This document shows positions 1-12,246 of a DNA stretch of 64,000 bases, piece after piece. The position numbers and the translations under genes were made by a program. Positions within the stretch are counted from its first letter, which is position 1. Each line of letters opens with the position of its first letter. Under the pieces are notes generated by a model. The model was not told where the DNA came from. It saw nothing but the letters and a program-made list of their open reading frames with translations, and searched no databases. Source of the stretch: Bigelowiella natans CCMP2755 (lineage: Eukaryota > Protista > Cercozoa); contig ADNK01000483.1 in assembly GCA_000320545.1 (NCBI GenBank), forward strand, positions 16,832 through 80,831, given 5' to 3'.

Positions 1-829
1 ATAATACTCAGAAAGTCCTTGGCATGTGCAGTTCCACTTAGAACAATCGATTTTCGCGGGAGGGCGCTTTTCAGGACTAGTGTGGCACTGGTTCTTCCGC
101 CACCACACCCGCATAGCTTCAGAGGCTGTTCCGTACGAACGTCCATGCCATACGTTGTGTAGGTTCGAAAGATCTTGGCAGGAACAGTTCCATTGAGAGC
201 ACTCTCGAGCTGGCTTTTCGCTGCTTGTCTTATTGAATTCCGAGCGCAGCGAGTCTGATGTCGCCTTTTGTAGAGGAGCTCTTCCCTCACCAACATCTTT
301 GCTCCTACGCTTTTCTTCCTCGTGCACGTTCTGCTTCAAACATATTATTTCCAGTTTATTCTCAATTTTTTGTTCCGAGAGATGGAAACGCTGCAAGGTG
401 CACATGAGTGTTCTCATCTTCGAAAGTGAAAAGACTTTCGCCAATTCGCGATAAGGAGAATCACCTGCTCAGGCGGTGAGGGAGTCGAGGGAGCTGAGTA
501 GTAATCTAGAGAACCTAAAAGCATATAGTAAGAGAGATATATGTCCATGTACACCTTCGGGTATTATTATATCCTTCCGACCCTCTATTATTCTGACGGG
601 CTCTGCAGCACTCTGGTTTGTGTCCCAAAGAAGGAGGACCGCAAGACATATAGCAGCAACGAGAGGAAGAATTTGGGATCCAACCTAGGAATTCATAAGC
701 CATGAGCGTATATTATCTGCTTAATAATAAGGTTATCCTCGATAGAGTGGAGCATCACTTTCATTTCCTTCAAGATGTGAGGAGATGCCAACGATCTCAG
801 GACAGTCCTGTCTCATGGTTGCTTGGCAT
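1..829 (-). CDS. Membrane-anchored or secreted protein with tandem ~52-aa Cys/Trp repeats (5' part; runs off the window start)
   Basis: Minus-strand exons give a hydrophobic stretch ILPLVAAICLAVLLLW. An open frame then runs to the window edge: ...ECSQWNCSCQDLSNLHNVWHGRSYGTASEAMRVWWRKNQCHTSP...IDCSKWNCTCQGLSEYY. Start codon uncertain. Confidence 0.65.
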
Positions 830-1450
830 TGTTGAGCTAGATTCGAACCAGTGAACGGCCATTACTCTCTCTCTCCTCTCTTTCTCGAATAAGCTCCCTT
901 CCAGAAGCTCACTTGGCTCCTCGCTTTCTTCCCAGAGCCCAAGGCTGACGGTTGTGTGTGCCCCCCGACCGACGGGTTCTGTCGTTTCCGGGTTAGACGA
1001 ACAACGTTTTTATTCTAAAAATGCTCAATTCCATAGGTTTTTAATTAAAACCCCATGCAATTATGAAATTAACGTTACGTCGTATATAATCCCCTGCGCT
1101 TTTGTTGATATAGAAAGAGATTGTCCCGTCGCAAAGCGGAATATTCGAAGGATATTGTCGCAGAGGACAACCAGAAGGAATTTACGAAGTTATTCTACTT
1201 AGCTTTCCCAACAAGAGAGTGTTCTTGAATCAAATTAGAAATCCAGGCAATAATATGTAATTGATTCTTATATAGTCTGTCGTAAGGAGTATAGGAGTTG
1301 TATTGAGGTATAGAAAGCACATAGGATATCTGAAAATTATTTCTATGAAAATTTGTCGGTCGCCACTGACAGTTTCGAACTGAAAGCTTATCGGGTTTCT
1401 CCCCCTCCAAAACTCGTCCGTTGTGCCACAGAGCTACAGCATCGCTAAGA

Positions 1451-3359
1451 ATGGTAGATGATCTCATGGCAACGCTGAATTTAACTTGGAATTTCTAATA
1501 CTATCTGTGTCACAAAATCTAGTCCAAGAATACCAACTGCAAGAACGCCATTAAAGAATGGGTATGTAGGCAAGAAACTAATTGTTTTGTGGGGATTGGT
1601 CTTTATATTGAGTTACAGAGTAAAGTAAAGTGACATAGTGCGATTTCATATTTATCAGCACTTTCGATAGAATCTGCCTTATTTCACATGATTTTATTTG
1701 GCCAGAAGGTCTCTAAACCACGATTGTACGCGTATTAACTGTAGATGAAAAGGGAGAAGGCGATGGCAGAGATGAAAGCTAAGGAATGGGCAGAAAAAAA
1801 GGAAGCAGGAGCACCTGATGAAGATATGCCAGTTGACGCAGGTAACGATTTTATAATGTGCTAACATTTAAGCGTTTAAAAAATAGCACAGCAGCTCTCA
1901 TCAAATATCATAAATGTAGATGGACAGCTGCACAATCCCGACGGATCAGTATTTACCGGGCCGAAAGATGCGAAGGTGCACATTAGTTTTCTCGGAATAT
2001 ATGATCTTTTTTAATAAGGAAACCATGTGTTGATCAACCAGCCTTATTTACGCTTTCTCGTCAGAAAATTACACTCATAGGGATGATCCCACCGATTGCT
2101 AAAATGGACAAACAGCTAAATGACCTCCCACTTTGCGAGTATGTTCAATGAAACCACACATGACATGCAGAAGATGGTATGTGTTCGACATTAGTGTAAA
2201 GATTTTTTATGGTTTAAATCCAGACACCTAGGACTATCGACAAACAACATAGGGACCATCGGAAACCTAAGTACACAATTTCTGGGAATCAAAAATGTAT
2301 ATATTCATTCAAAACCTTATTGACAAATGGTTCAAATGCAGAGGAGCTCCGAAACCTGAAGACTCTCTCTCTGAGCCGGAACGTTATAAAGGTTGTCTGA
2401 TACATGAGAGAAAATGGCATGCGGAAATATTCATCACTGGATGATTTATTCCGCGATAGGCTCTCAAGAACTTGGATCCCCTTGCTGACACCCTCGAGCA
2501 ACTATGGCTGTCATACAATCTGGTACTGTTCCTTCACAACGTTATCACTAGTAATGCTGAGGTACACAAGTCTTTCACTAATCCTTGTTCCCCCATCATT
2601 TCTTTCCACAGCTTGAGAAATTGGATGGCCTTTCGAAGCTCCGAAAGTTGAGAATTCTGTACGTCGCGAACAACAAAATTGCTGATTTCGCCGAGGTCGA
2701 TTACGATAAGGTTTTCTTCGTATAGTGAATTCACATTTGCTCTGCTACTCTTTAGTTTGCAAAGTTAAAGGAAAATACAAATTTGGAGGAGCTTGTGGCC
2801 ATTGGCAATCCTTGCTACCTCGTCAGGAAACCTAGACAATTTTATATAATCTGATCTAGTTTCAAAAAATAAACTTTGCTCTATATGAAGAGAAAAATAT
2901 ATTTTAGATTTTATATAGCTGTGAAATTTCACGGTCGTCTCATTTTCTCTCTAATAAGCAATCTTATCTCCCTTTCCTCTGTGATACAGACGTATATAAC
3001 CCACTAACGAAAATTAAAGAAGCAAATTCGATCTATTTTTCTATTCCGTATCCAACATCCGAAATAAAAGCTGTTTTTTGGGTAATCGACAGGCATCAGA
3101 TGCTAAAACGGCAAGAGCCACAGTACGACTTCTTCGTATTTTATCACCTCCTTAATTTGACATAGTGTATTTGTTCCATCAGATCATCCGTGCAATACCT
3201 AGTCTTAAAATGTTGGATGGAACACGCATTGAGCTTAGCGAAAGAGAAGAGGTCGTACAATAGTTGCTTTACTCTTGACAGAAATCATATTAATAACCGT
3301 TCTTCAAGAGTCTCACTCACATGTGTGCAAATTCTCAGGCTGAAGAGAAAAAAGAGTAA
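1451..3359 (+). CDS. DNAL1: Axonemal outer-arm dynein light chain 1 (LC1, leucine-rich repeat), multi-exon
   Basis: Spliced GT-AG exons read M/SKNTNCKNAIKEW...KITLIGMIPPIAKMDKQLNDLPLCE/HLGLSTNNIGTIGNL/KELRNLKTLSLSRNVIK/ALKNLDPLADTLEQLWLSYNL/LEKLDGLSKLRKLRILYVANNKIADFAE/...LEELVAIGNP.../IIRAIPSLKMLDGTRI.../AEEKKE*. This is colinear with LC1/DNAL1. Confidence 0.93.
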
Positions 3360-3619
3360 TTGTAATCCTGATGAATGGATCATCTTTGTGCCAAACTGCT
3401 GAATTATTCACATAATTGCTATCTCCAACAATGCTCGCTGCGGCAAAGTACAAAGTTCTGTCTGAGGCCGCACGTGCCAATCTTTTTGAGTACTGGGTTA
3501 TGGGAGGATGGTGCTAGTTAATACTTCATTGGCACGTAGAAAATCACTAGATCAATCTAAATGCCGATGCGTTGTCTTCACAATGGTTATCAAAATAAAA
3601 TATTTTGTCTTATTTGGTG

Positions 3620-4818
3620 TACTCTAACACCATGTTTGACACAGAAAGATCAACACATGTGCATGCAGTACTAGACTAGTGCATTTGCAATTGCTGTCGC
3701 TGGCTTGTTTTTGTGCACTTTTTTGTCGTGCAATTCTAGAATTGTATTGTTGCATCATTGTCGATCGTACGCAGATTGACGAGTAGGCATGCTAGCATGG
3801 CTCAGTAGCGTCTAAAGCGTTACGCATGACTGATCAACCGTTGCTCATTGGTTCGATTTGTTGCTGAATCAAAGCAACGCTGCTAGAACATGATCACGAC
3901 GACATGCGCGGATTGAAGCTGCCTTGCGCGAATATACGAACCATGCATGCTAACATGTGCGAAGGATTCACGTGCGCACTGCAGCATCACAAGCCAGCTA
4001 GAAAGCGATTGTAGAGCGCACAGCTCTAGAGCTAGCTAGATAGACAGCTATGTCTAGATGTGTGTGATGGCACACAAGTGATGGCAATGAAATTGTTGCA
4101 ACGGCCAATAGCGGCATGGTGTTCTACTGAGCACACCCATCTAGCCATCTAGCCATCGCAAAGCGATGCTGCTGCATTATACCTATACCCACTCTAGCAC
4201 TGCATTGCAATCATGCAGTGTTATAGTTCTGCTGTGTAATGTTGTGTCACATTGTTGCACTTGCAATTCACAGGGGGCTTGTATTCAAGGGAGGGGGTTG
4301 CACATATGCAAGTGTCATGCTAGTATGTGCGTGATGCTATAATGCATGGCACAGCATGTCCTGCATATATGCATCCAATTTATAAATTGCATGAAACACA
4401 TCGTAGCTGAGACTAACAGATTCAAAATTAGCGCTGTATACGTAGCCGCTGCATTGCACAGCTACATAAGGATAACATGACTATCGTATTGAACAAATTT
4501 AATTGATTAATTACATCCGTCTCATGTTGCATGTGCACAAAAAAGTTTGCTTTTTAAGAACCCCACAAGCCCCACGATGTGCGACTACGATGTGCCGTGC
4601 GCAATGCGAAGCAACATGCGGTGCTAATAATGCGAAGCGATACTCCTGTATTATGCTACTGTAGTTTTATGCTGTATTGTATTATATTATTATACTGGGT
4701 GTGCTCAGCACACCATCCCGCCATTGACGGTTATAATAATTATATTATTATTACTTACACATCACACACGCTATCTAGCTAATCAATTGCTGCGGGAATT
4801 GAGGCTGCACAAATAGCG

Positions 4819-4857
<39 letters not shown>

Positions 4858-4870
4858 ATCCATGCTATGT
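3620..4870. other. Palindrome- and RY-rich intergenic tract T1 (convergent junction DNAL1 / GT8)
   Basis: Dense TGCA, CATG, CTAG, AGCT and CACA/TGTG words. CATGCTAGCATG at 3788-3799. Ends in a (TG)n run near 4822-4853. No credible ORF. Confidence 0.7.
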
Positions 4871-4962
4871 GTGTTCAGTCATTCTCCACCGTCATCATAT
4901 ATTTTGATTCATGTTCTCTTCGTTACCTTCAAAATCATGTAAGACTTATGTTCAAGGCCAGA

Positions 4963-6724
4963 CTAACAGTTATCCGACCGACGGTTGTTTTCGAATGGTG
5001 CACAGCTAGTAAATCCAGTTTTGAGTCTCGAAACGCAAAATTTCTTCATGAAATCACTTTTCTTGCTCAAGAGATGGCTTTCAACAATAGGATAGAGCCG
5101 ATTCATGAGCCGAGCTAGAAGAACCTTTCTGTCGCAAGTTACAAGCTTGTTGCTGCATGCATTCTCATCCCACGGCTTTCCATGACCGCAATAATGCTGA
5201 GAATAGTAGTTGGAGTATAAAGTCAGGAATCGAAAATTTTAATTAACAGGTATACATTTCTTTGAAAAGCATTGGCTCACCCTAATTCCTGGGCCACGAT
5301 CCCCAAATTTTGGGTCGACGAATTTGATTGGATCGCCCTAACCACAAAGCGTTTGGAGGAGTCGGGACATAGCGATCAAGGACAAGAGTCTCTTCATATT
5401 TATCAACTAGTTAGTCGAGATATCTACGCCGACTCACCTTGTAATCCAGCTTCTCTTGCACAATTTTCATTGCCTTCCCGCCAGTTGCGTAGTATCCGTG
5501 CAACTTTACAGCGAAAACGTGGAATAGCAGACCCTAGATTCAACATGAAAGATGAGCATGACCAGACATTGTTCCTGACAGCTATGTTGGAATACCTGGT
5601 CAAGCTGCGACCCGGTGAAATCCCAATCTCCTGGGTGAAGCTGAAGAAGCATATATCGAACTTGTGAGTTTGGGTTTCAAAAATGAAGATCTTCTCGGGG
5701 ACATTACCTTTGGCGAATGATCACCATATATCTCTGAAATCTGTGGAACAACTTGACCTGCGTTTCCCCAACCATATTTATTTGTAAAGCCTCCTCGCAT
5801 ATCTTCAAGCCATAACCCTAGAGCTTTCATAGTCGGCCGCATCAGCCAATGCCCTGCATTCAATGGAGAGGCTGCTCCGATCCTTGCCATCATCATGATC
5901 TTAGGATTCTTCACGAAATAGTCTATTTCTTCCTCCAAATCCGAAGTAGACTCGATGAAAATATCCACATCGTTGTGAACGATTACGTCATATTCTGTTA
6001 GTGAAGCAGCCCCGAGTTTCAATGACTCAACGAGCATCATCCTATGAAATCTATTGAAGTGTTTTCCGTCGAAAGGGGCATGCTCACAGACTTCGTGAGT
6101 CAGTCGGTTCTCTATTATCCTGGATGGAGACACGTTTAGGTATCCGTGGCAAGCCATTCTCTTTATGCTCGGATGCAGTTTCAAAGTCCTAGCGCCGAGT
6201 CTATGAATTAAATTCAAGATCTGCTCATTCAGTGTCTCGTCATGCATTACAACAACGTCCAAGACGTAGTCTTCCTTCATCTCTTTCGCCAAAACCTCAG
6301 CGTGCCACATCAAATTTGACATGAGCCCACAGATGAAGGCACATCCTCGGACGTCGTCTCCTTGGATCTCCGGGCAGGCAGTACCAACTCGTTTAGTGAT
6401 ATCTTCCTGCAGAAGTCCCGCAAGCATAACCAAAGCCACGCACTTCTTGCCTTTATCGTGAGTGCAGTGCGATGCACCTTGAGCATAGTTCAAGGAGACA
6501 TTGAATTCTTCAGATAAACCTTGAAGGGTGTATTCGTTTGGGTCTTCAAAATTAAGCGAAAGACCAAAATATTCAGATCCTTGCAGATTTCCACTCCAGA
6601 ACCCGTTCCCAACTTCAGCCTCTAGAAGGCTTGTGTGGGCTTCATTGATTGATTGATGATTGGAAGACTTCCACATCCCCGCCACCGAAGGCACCAAAAT
6701 CCATACGAGCGCAAGAGGGGCCAT
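4963..6724 (-). CDS. GT8-family (glycogenin-like) glycosyltransferase with N-terminal signal/anchor
   Basis: Begins MAPLALVWILVPSVAG. DxD-type motif VHNDVD and LNAG. After splicing it gives DQ/GLL and HYCGHGKPW, the GT8 H-x-x-G-x-x-K-P-W motif. Stop at 4963-4965. Upstream exons are possible. Confidence 0.8.
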
Positions 6725-7304
6725 CGCTGCCACGCCAGGCAATTTTTTTTGGAAAATTCAACATTTCCTGTCCACAGAGCAAAAAATACATTTTTTGTGC
6801 TGCTGGACTCACCTTCTGTAGCGTCAAATGAATACCAAATCGCAATTCTTCTGATGCACAAGTGCAGCAAGAACAAAGCTTCGAGCACCGATTGCACACA
6901 TTTACCAGTTGTTTTTCCGTACGTGTAAGGTTTGTGCACTACATGTCTGATGCTGCAACAACGTGGTGTGGGTTTTGAAGAAGCTGCCTTGAAAAAGCTA
7001 TAAATGCATGCGGTATACTATGTGCGACATAATCTACAATGCATAAGCCCACAGCTTTTACCGTATGACGACATGTAATGAAGAGAATTTTTCCGTAGTT
7101 ATGCACATCAAACGCAACATCAAATTCCAATCGAGTGTTCTTAGAGGAAATGTGTTTGGTATGATTACATGCGACAACTCTTTGGAGCTATTTTTGTCCT
7201 AGATTCTGAGACGAAAACAATACGGGGAACTCGAATTAGGTCTGATTTTTGGTAGCCGTTTCCAGCACTCGCACAAGGAAAACCGCCTCTGATTTCGAAT
7301 TTTA

Positions 7305-7329
7305 CCACGCAAAAGCCACGCAAAAGCCA
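7305..7329. repeat. Tandem 11-bp duplication CCACGCAAAAG x2 in the divergent promoter/5' UTR region
   Basis: ccacgcaaaag ccacgcaaaag cca read directly. Confidence 0.8.
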
Positions 7330-7701
7330 GATCGAAAACTCCAGACCTTCACTTCGACTATACCAAACGGAGGATAATTTTTCACAAAGACATTCCTTTC
7401 TCTGGAAGATCTCATAGATTCGCAGTTTTATCAGAACGTGGCCTGGATTCTACTGTTCTGATTCTTCTGCCCCCTGCCAAGCAAACATCGAATCTCACCA
7501 ACGTGGTAGAAGGTTGGCTACCACCGGGGAGAGACGCGTGTGATTCAGTTTTCAGAAACGAGATCCTACAAATTTAGAACAGAAGTATTGGGTTTTGGAA
7601 AGTCACACAGATTGGAAGTGAGGAGGGAGAACAAGAGATACTTGTAAAAGCAGACATCTACGGAGTGAACAGTAGCGAATATCATAGCTTGTGAGTTGAC
7701 C

Positions 7702-8481
7702 ATGGGCTGCTGTACAAGCAAACGTGAGCTGCCAGAGACAAAAGCAGGGAGCAAGAAAAAGGTTCTAGCCGAAAAGAAGACTCCGAAAAAAGGCTTAAAG
7801 AAGAAACCAACTGTCACCGTTAACACAACTGACGACCTCACAGGACCAGAAACTCCCTTAGAGAATAAATGGGCCTCTGATACTCCAAGAACACGTAAAA
7901 AGAAAGTTATGCGTCACATCAGAAGTCCATCCCACACCTCTTACACGGCTGGGCTTCGGGACTTTGGAATGAAGTGGAAGATTGTTGCAAAGGAGTCCCG
8001 TGGGCTTGGTATCCAACCTACAGATGAATTTAAAAAATCTTTCATGGGTTTCCAACTCATGTCGATCGACGATCCTACACTCGACTATCTTGTCGCTGAA
8101 TTCACAGAGAATGATGAAATAAAGGTTCTTAAAGAATTTGATACGCCCTCCAAGTTGGATGAAGACGTGAAGACATACCTCTCTGAGTTAAACCGTGCCG
8201 CACTTATATTCGCAAATATTTCCATTGAAGATGAAACCCATGAGGTTGGAGGTTTTATTTGGGTACCCCAAGGAAGTTCTGAGGTGGAAATTGAACGCTA
8301 TTCATCAATGATTTTGAAGACGTATATGAAGCTTTTAACATCTGCGGAACCGGGCATCTGCAAAGAACCAAGCGACATCTGTATCGAAGCAGCAAAGAAG
8401 CGAGCTGAAGAATATGTGGCTGAAAGAGATAAGCTCAACGAGGCTCACGGTGGTATCTACGCTCTTGAAGAAGAGAAATAG
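7702..8481 (+). CDS. Intronless protein with N-terminal myristoylation/palmitoylation motif, Lys-rich linker and a divergent ADF/cofilin (ADF-H) domain
   Basis: Starts MGCCTSK. SRGLGIQPTDEFKKSF resembles the cofilin N-terminus (S-G-V-x-V-x-D). FIWVPQGSSEVEIERYSS matches the W-x-P...Y-x-S motif, followed by EPSDI. Confidence 0.7.
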   Translation: MGCCTSKRELPETKAGSKKKVLAEKKTPKKGLKKKPTVTVNTTDDLTGPETPLENKWASDTPRTRKKKVMRHIRSPSHTSYTAGLRDFGMKWKIVAKESRGLGIQPTDEFKKSFMGFQLMSIDDPTLDYLVAEFTENDEIKVLKEFDTPSKLDEDVKTYLSELNRAALIFANISIEDETHEVGGFIWVPQGSSEVEIERYSSMILKTYMKLLTSAEPGICKEPSDICIEAAKKRAEEYVAERDKLNEAHGGIYALEEEK

Positions 8482-8789
8482 ATAAGCAGAATCCCCAGAG
8501 ATTCAGCTGCATTTCGCCCTGCAGAGATTGTTTTGAGATGGAATTCTACTGTCAATAGAAACAACTCACTTTCAGTGAAAGAGTTCACCTTTCCAGCGGA
8601 TTATGTGAAGGAATACATAGACGTCCGCTCACACCAGCACACGCATGACACAATTATAGGGGGTCATATGTCATATGTCTCCATCTATTTAAGCACAAAA
8701 GAGGCAAAACTTCTTACATCAAAATCTAGCGTGCTCATGATGTTGCCAGTCGTCAGATTAGAAGTCACAAAAGTTCCCGAATTCTGTCC

Positions 8790-10070
8790 ATCAATTGCGC
8801 ATGATCAAAACCCACCCCACCATGATCGCATCAGCATCAATTGGTCAGAACTAGATGCATGCTTTGGAACTTGAACGTGAGAGCGCAATTGCGAAAAGTT
8901 CTTGCTGTCGATCACTGCAATATTGCGAACATTTGTTGACGCAGCTATACGCGTGTGTTCCATGAGCAATGTTGATCAATGTGTGTGTGTTGCTGTCAGT
9001 GCATGTGCGTGCATGGTGCAGTGACAATAAATGCATGACAATGTGCCACACTGGACATGCGCACATGACACGTGTGTTTGACATGTATGTGGCATGCATG
9101 TCGATCTAGCTAGTGTACTAGGTGCGTGTGTATGTGCTTTGACATGCTAGCATGCTGGCGGGTGACAACCATGCTAGCATGCCCCACATTGCCACGTTTC
9201 CCCACCATCGGCGGCAGCAAAAGCTGCGAATGTACGTGCTGCGCAATAACGTGAAAATTTGCCCACTACTGCATGACGACCCACGCACTGCGGTGATGAT
9301 AACCAAATTGCTAGAATGACATGATCGATGAATCACGTGTCTTTTGTGAAAATATAAACAATCTTTGTGTCACATTTGTGCAAATGGCCATGGCATTTGC
9401 CACCATGCTGGTGTGGAAATCGCATGAAAAAATGAGTGCAACAGAAAATGTAAACTCCACGTGAACTGTGCTCATCGTTGATGTGTGCGATGTTGCGCGT
9501 AAGGTGTTCACAGGCCGAGGCGCTACGTGCACAAGTAGGCAGGGGGGGGGAAAGGCACGTTTGCTTCCTTTTGAAGAGTTGTGTTTATTTTTATTAAAGA
9601 TTATATTTTTATTAAATCGTGCACTGCGTAATCATTCGCGAAGCTTTCGCGAATGCCGCCGCACGTGGGGCAGCACACTTCCGGTGTGCTGCCATGAGTC
9701 CCGCCGGAACCCACGTGCCTATGCTGTATTAATATCTACGTTATCTATATTCTATATCCGCGACAACCCCTTTGTTGTCGCACGTGACTTGTGCCCGCGT
9801 AGTGGTACGCGCTACAGCGACGTGGAAAAAATGAGCATTCCTGTGGAACTTGTCAGTGAGCATTTTTACATTTTGGATCAGCATGTGCCTCATTGCTGTT
9901 CGCGTACATGCAACGTACGATCTAATCCACCGATCCGTTGTACAATACGCACACCAACACCATGTCTGCGATGCTTATTTTGTCAGGCATCAGCATATAG
10001 CCACAGCATATAGCAGCAGTCATACGCATGCACTTAACCCGATGCGGGGGATAGCTTTGAGTCGCATGCT
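8790..10070. other. Palindrome- and RY-rich intergenic tract T2 (convergent junction ADF-like / UGDH)
   Basis: Same word composition as T1. CATGCTAGCATG at 9143-9154 and 9170-9181. Perfect hairpins at 9633-9718. Confidence 0.7.
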
Positions 10071-10168
10071 TAGATTTAAATAATGATCTCCTCAAGGCAA
10101 ACGCTGCGATAGATTTACGATCTTACATCTCGATTGAATTTCGTAGGGTGTCCAAAATAGGTTCCGTT

Positions 10169-12246
10169 TTAATTGACCCTGTATTCAAAGGACATTTCAG
10201 CACGGCAACATTGAGGAGCAATAGAAAGGAAAAATTGCCGAAGTATTGGTACTTACTTCAGGTCGTCCATATTTTGATACTTGACCCCGTATGGTTTTCC
10301 AATTGCGTAAAGTTCAAAGCCAATCTGAAAGCATACATATATTGAAGTTATATTAGTTGGTAACGCAGCCAAAAGATGCAGCAAAATCTATGTATGCTGT
10401 TATTACATCCAGCAATTGCTTGTGGTCAAGTATGAGGCGGCCATCGAAGATGAAAGCCGGCTTGACCATGGAGTCATACATCTTCTTGTAATCATATCTG
10501 CCAAAATACATTTAGTTAGCTCAAATGAATGGAAAACTTGTATAGATCCTGAATTTACTTCTTGAATTCGTCCCATTCTGTCATGATTGCAATAGCGTGA
10601 GCATCCTTAACAGCCTTCAAAAATAGAACAAAGAGACATCGAGAGTCAAGCATCAAGTTTCAAAGATTTAGTGACACTACGAAGTCGAATATAAAACATT
10701 GAGAACCTCGTAGGGATCTTTCGCAACGGTCACACAATCCTTGAATTCCTTGCCAGGCGTAAGCGCTTTGTAATAGTTAAAGTCGTCCTTAATTTGCTCT
10801 TCATCAACCTTGTCAAATTAAAGGAAAATCTGTCATCAACATGATTTCAAGTGAGGAATTGCTGCTTCACCTTAGGATCGTAAATGGTGACAAGGGCGCG
10901 CTCGGCAAGAAGGTGCTTAGCAACGTACACCGATGCTGTCTCACGAGTATCCCTATTAATTAGAATCATTATCATTGAAGGTACTTCAGCTAAGGTTATC
11001 TATCTCAACGCACCCCGTATCCTTCTTGAATGCGAATCCAAAAAGCACAATTTTCTTTCCAGAGATTGTGTTAAACATGTTCTGGTTGAAAATATGTATG
11101 TAATTACACAGAATCATAGATGCACATGGGAAGTACTGCTCTACCTTGATCATTTTGCGAGCGAAACGAAGCTTTTGGTGGTCATTTATCTTCACAACCT
11201 GAAAGCACTTTGATTAAGGCCAGGGTACCATCAAGAATCGTGTGAAAGACAGACATACCTGGTCCCAATAAGCTGCAACTTCATGAAGACCAAAACTTTC
11301 ACAGAGGTAGACGAGGTTGAGAATATCCTTTTGAAAGCAAGATCCTCCGAATCCTACGGATGCATTGAGGAATCGCTTTCCAATTCGACTGTCCTTTCCT
11401 GTAATACACACAACCTTAGGAAGACTCCACGATTTCGATGATAAACGAAAGTGGTGGTGAGTAACTACCAATTGCATTAGATACTTCCTGTACGTCTGCT
11501 CCAGTAGCCTCACAGAGCTCGCTGATGGAGTTGATGGATGAGATGCGCTGGGCAAGGAACGCATTTGCTACAAGTTTCGAGAGCTCCGAAGACCAGAGAT
11601 TTGTGGTGATAACATTCGCCTTAGGAACCCAGTGCTCGTATACCTCGCACAACTTTCTCACAGCTTTTTCCCCTGCTTCCGTTCTCATTCCACCAATGAG
11701 TACACGGTCTGGCTTTGCGAGATCGGACATTGCTGTACCCTCAGCAAGGAATTCAGGATTGGAGAGGACTTCAAACTTGATTTTGCGTTCATTAGCTTCT
11801 AACACCTTTCTCATGGAATGAGCAGTACGGACAGGAAGCGTGGACTTTTCGACGATAATTTTCGGACCATTAGCCACTTTAGCGATATTACGAGCTGCTA
11901 ACTCCCAGTTCTTTAAATCTGCAGCTCGGCCAGCACCGATACCATACGTTTTCGTAGGGGTGTTAACTGAGACGAAGATGATTTCACACTCGCAGATCGC
12001 CTCATTAATCTTTGTCGAGAAAAACAAATTTTTCCCCCTCACTTGCTTTACACATTCGTCGAGGCCAGGCTCGTAGATCGGTAATTTGTCGGAATTCCAT
12101 CGAGCAACTTGCTTTGGATTAATATCAACCACATGGACCTTAACATCAGGACAGAATTTTGCAATTGTCGCCATTGTTGGTCCTCCAACATATCCAGCTC
12201 CAATGCAGCAGATCTTGGTTTTGAACTTGCTCTCGTCGGCGGACAT
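10169..12246 (-). CDS. UGDH: UDP-glucose 6-dehydrogenase
   Basis: Motifs [68 protein letters not shown] and KPAFIFDGR across GT-AG exons. Last exon K-V-N-stop. Confidence 0.97.

Noticed and set aside
9468-10013. 181-aa ORF in T2 (and the 192-aa ORF 40382-40960 in T7)
   Set aside because: Non-ATG starts, Cys/His/Arg/Val bias produced by RY alternation, and no recognisable motifs.
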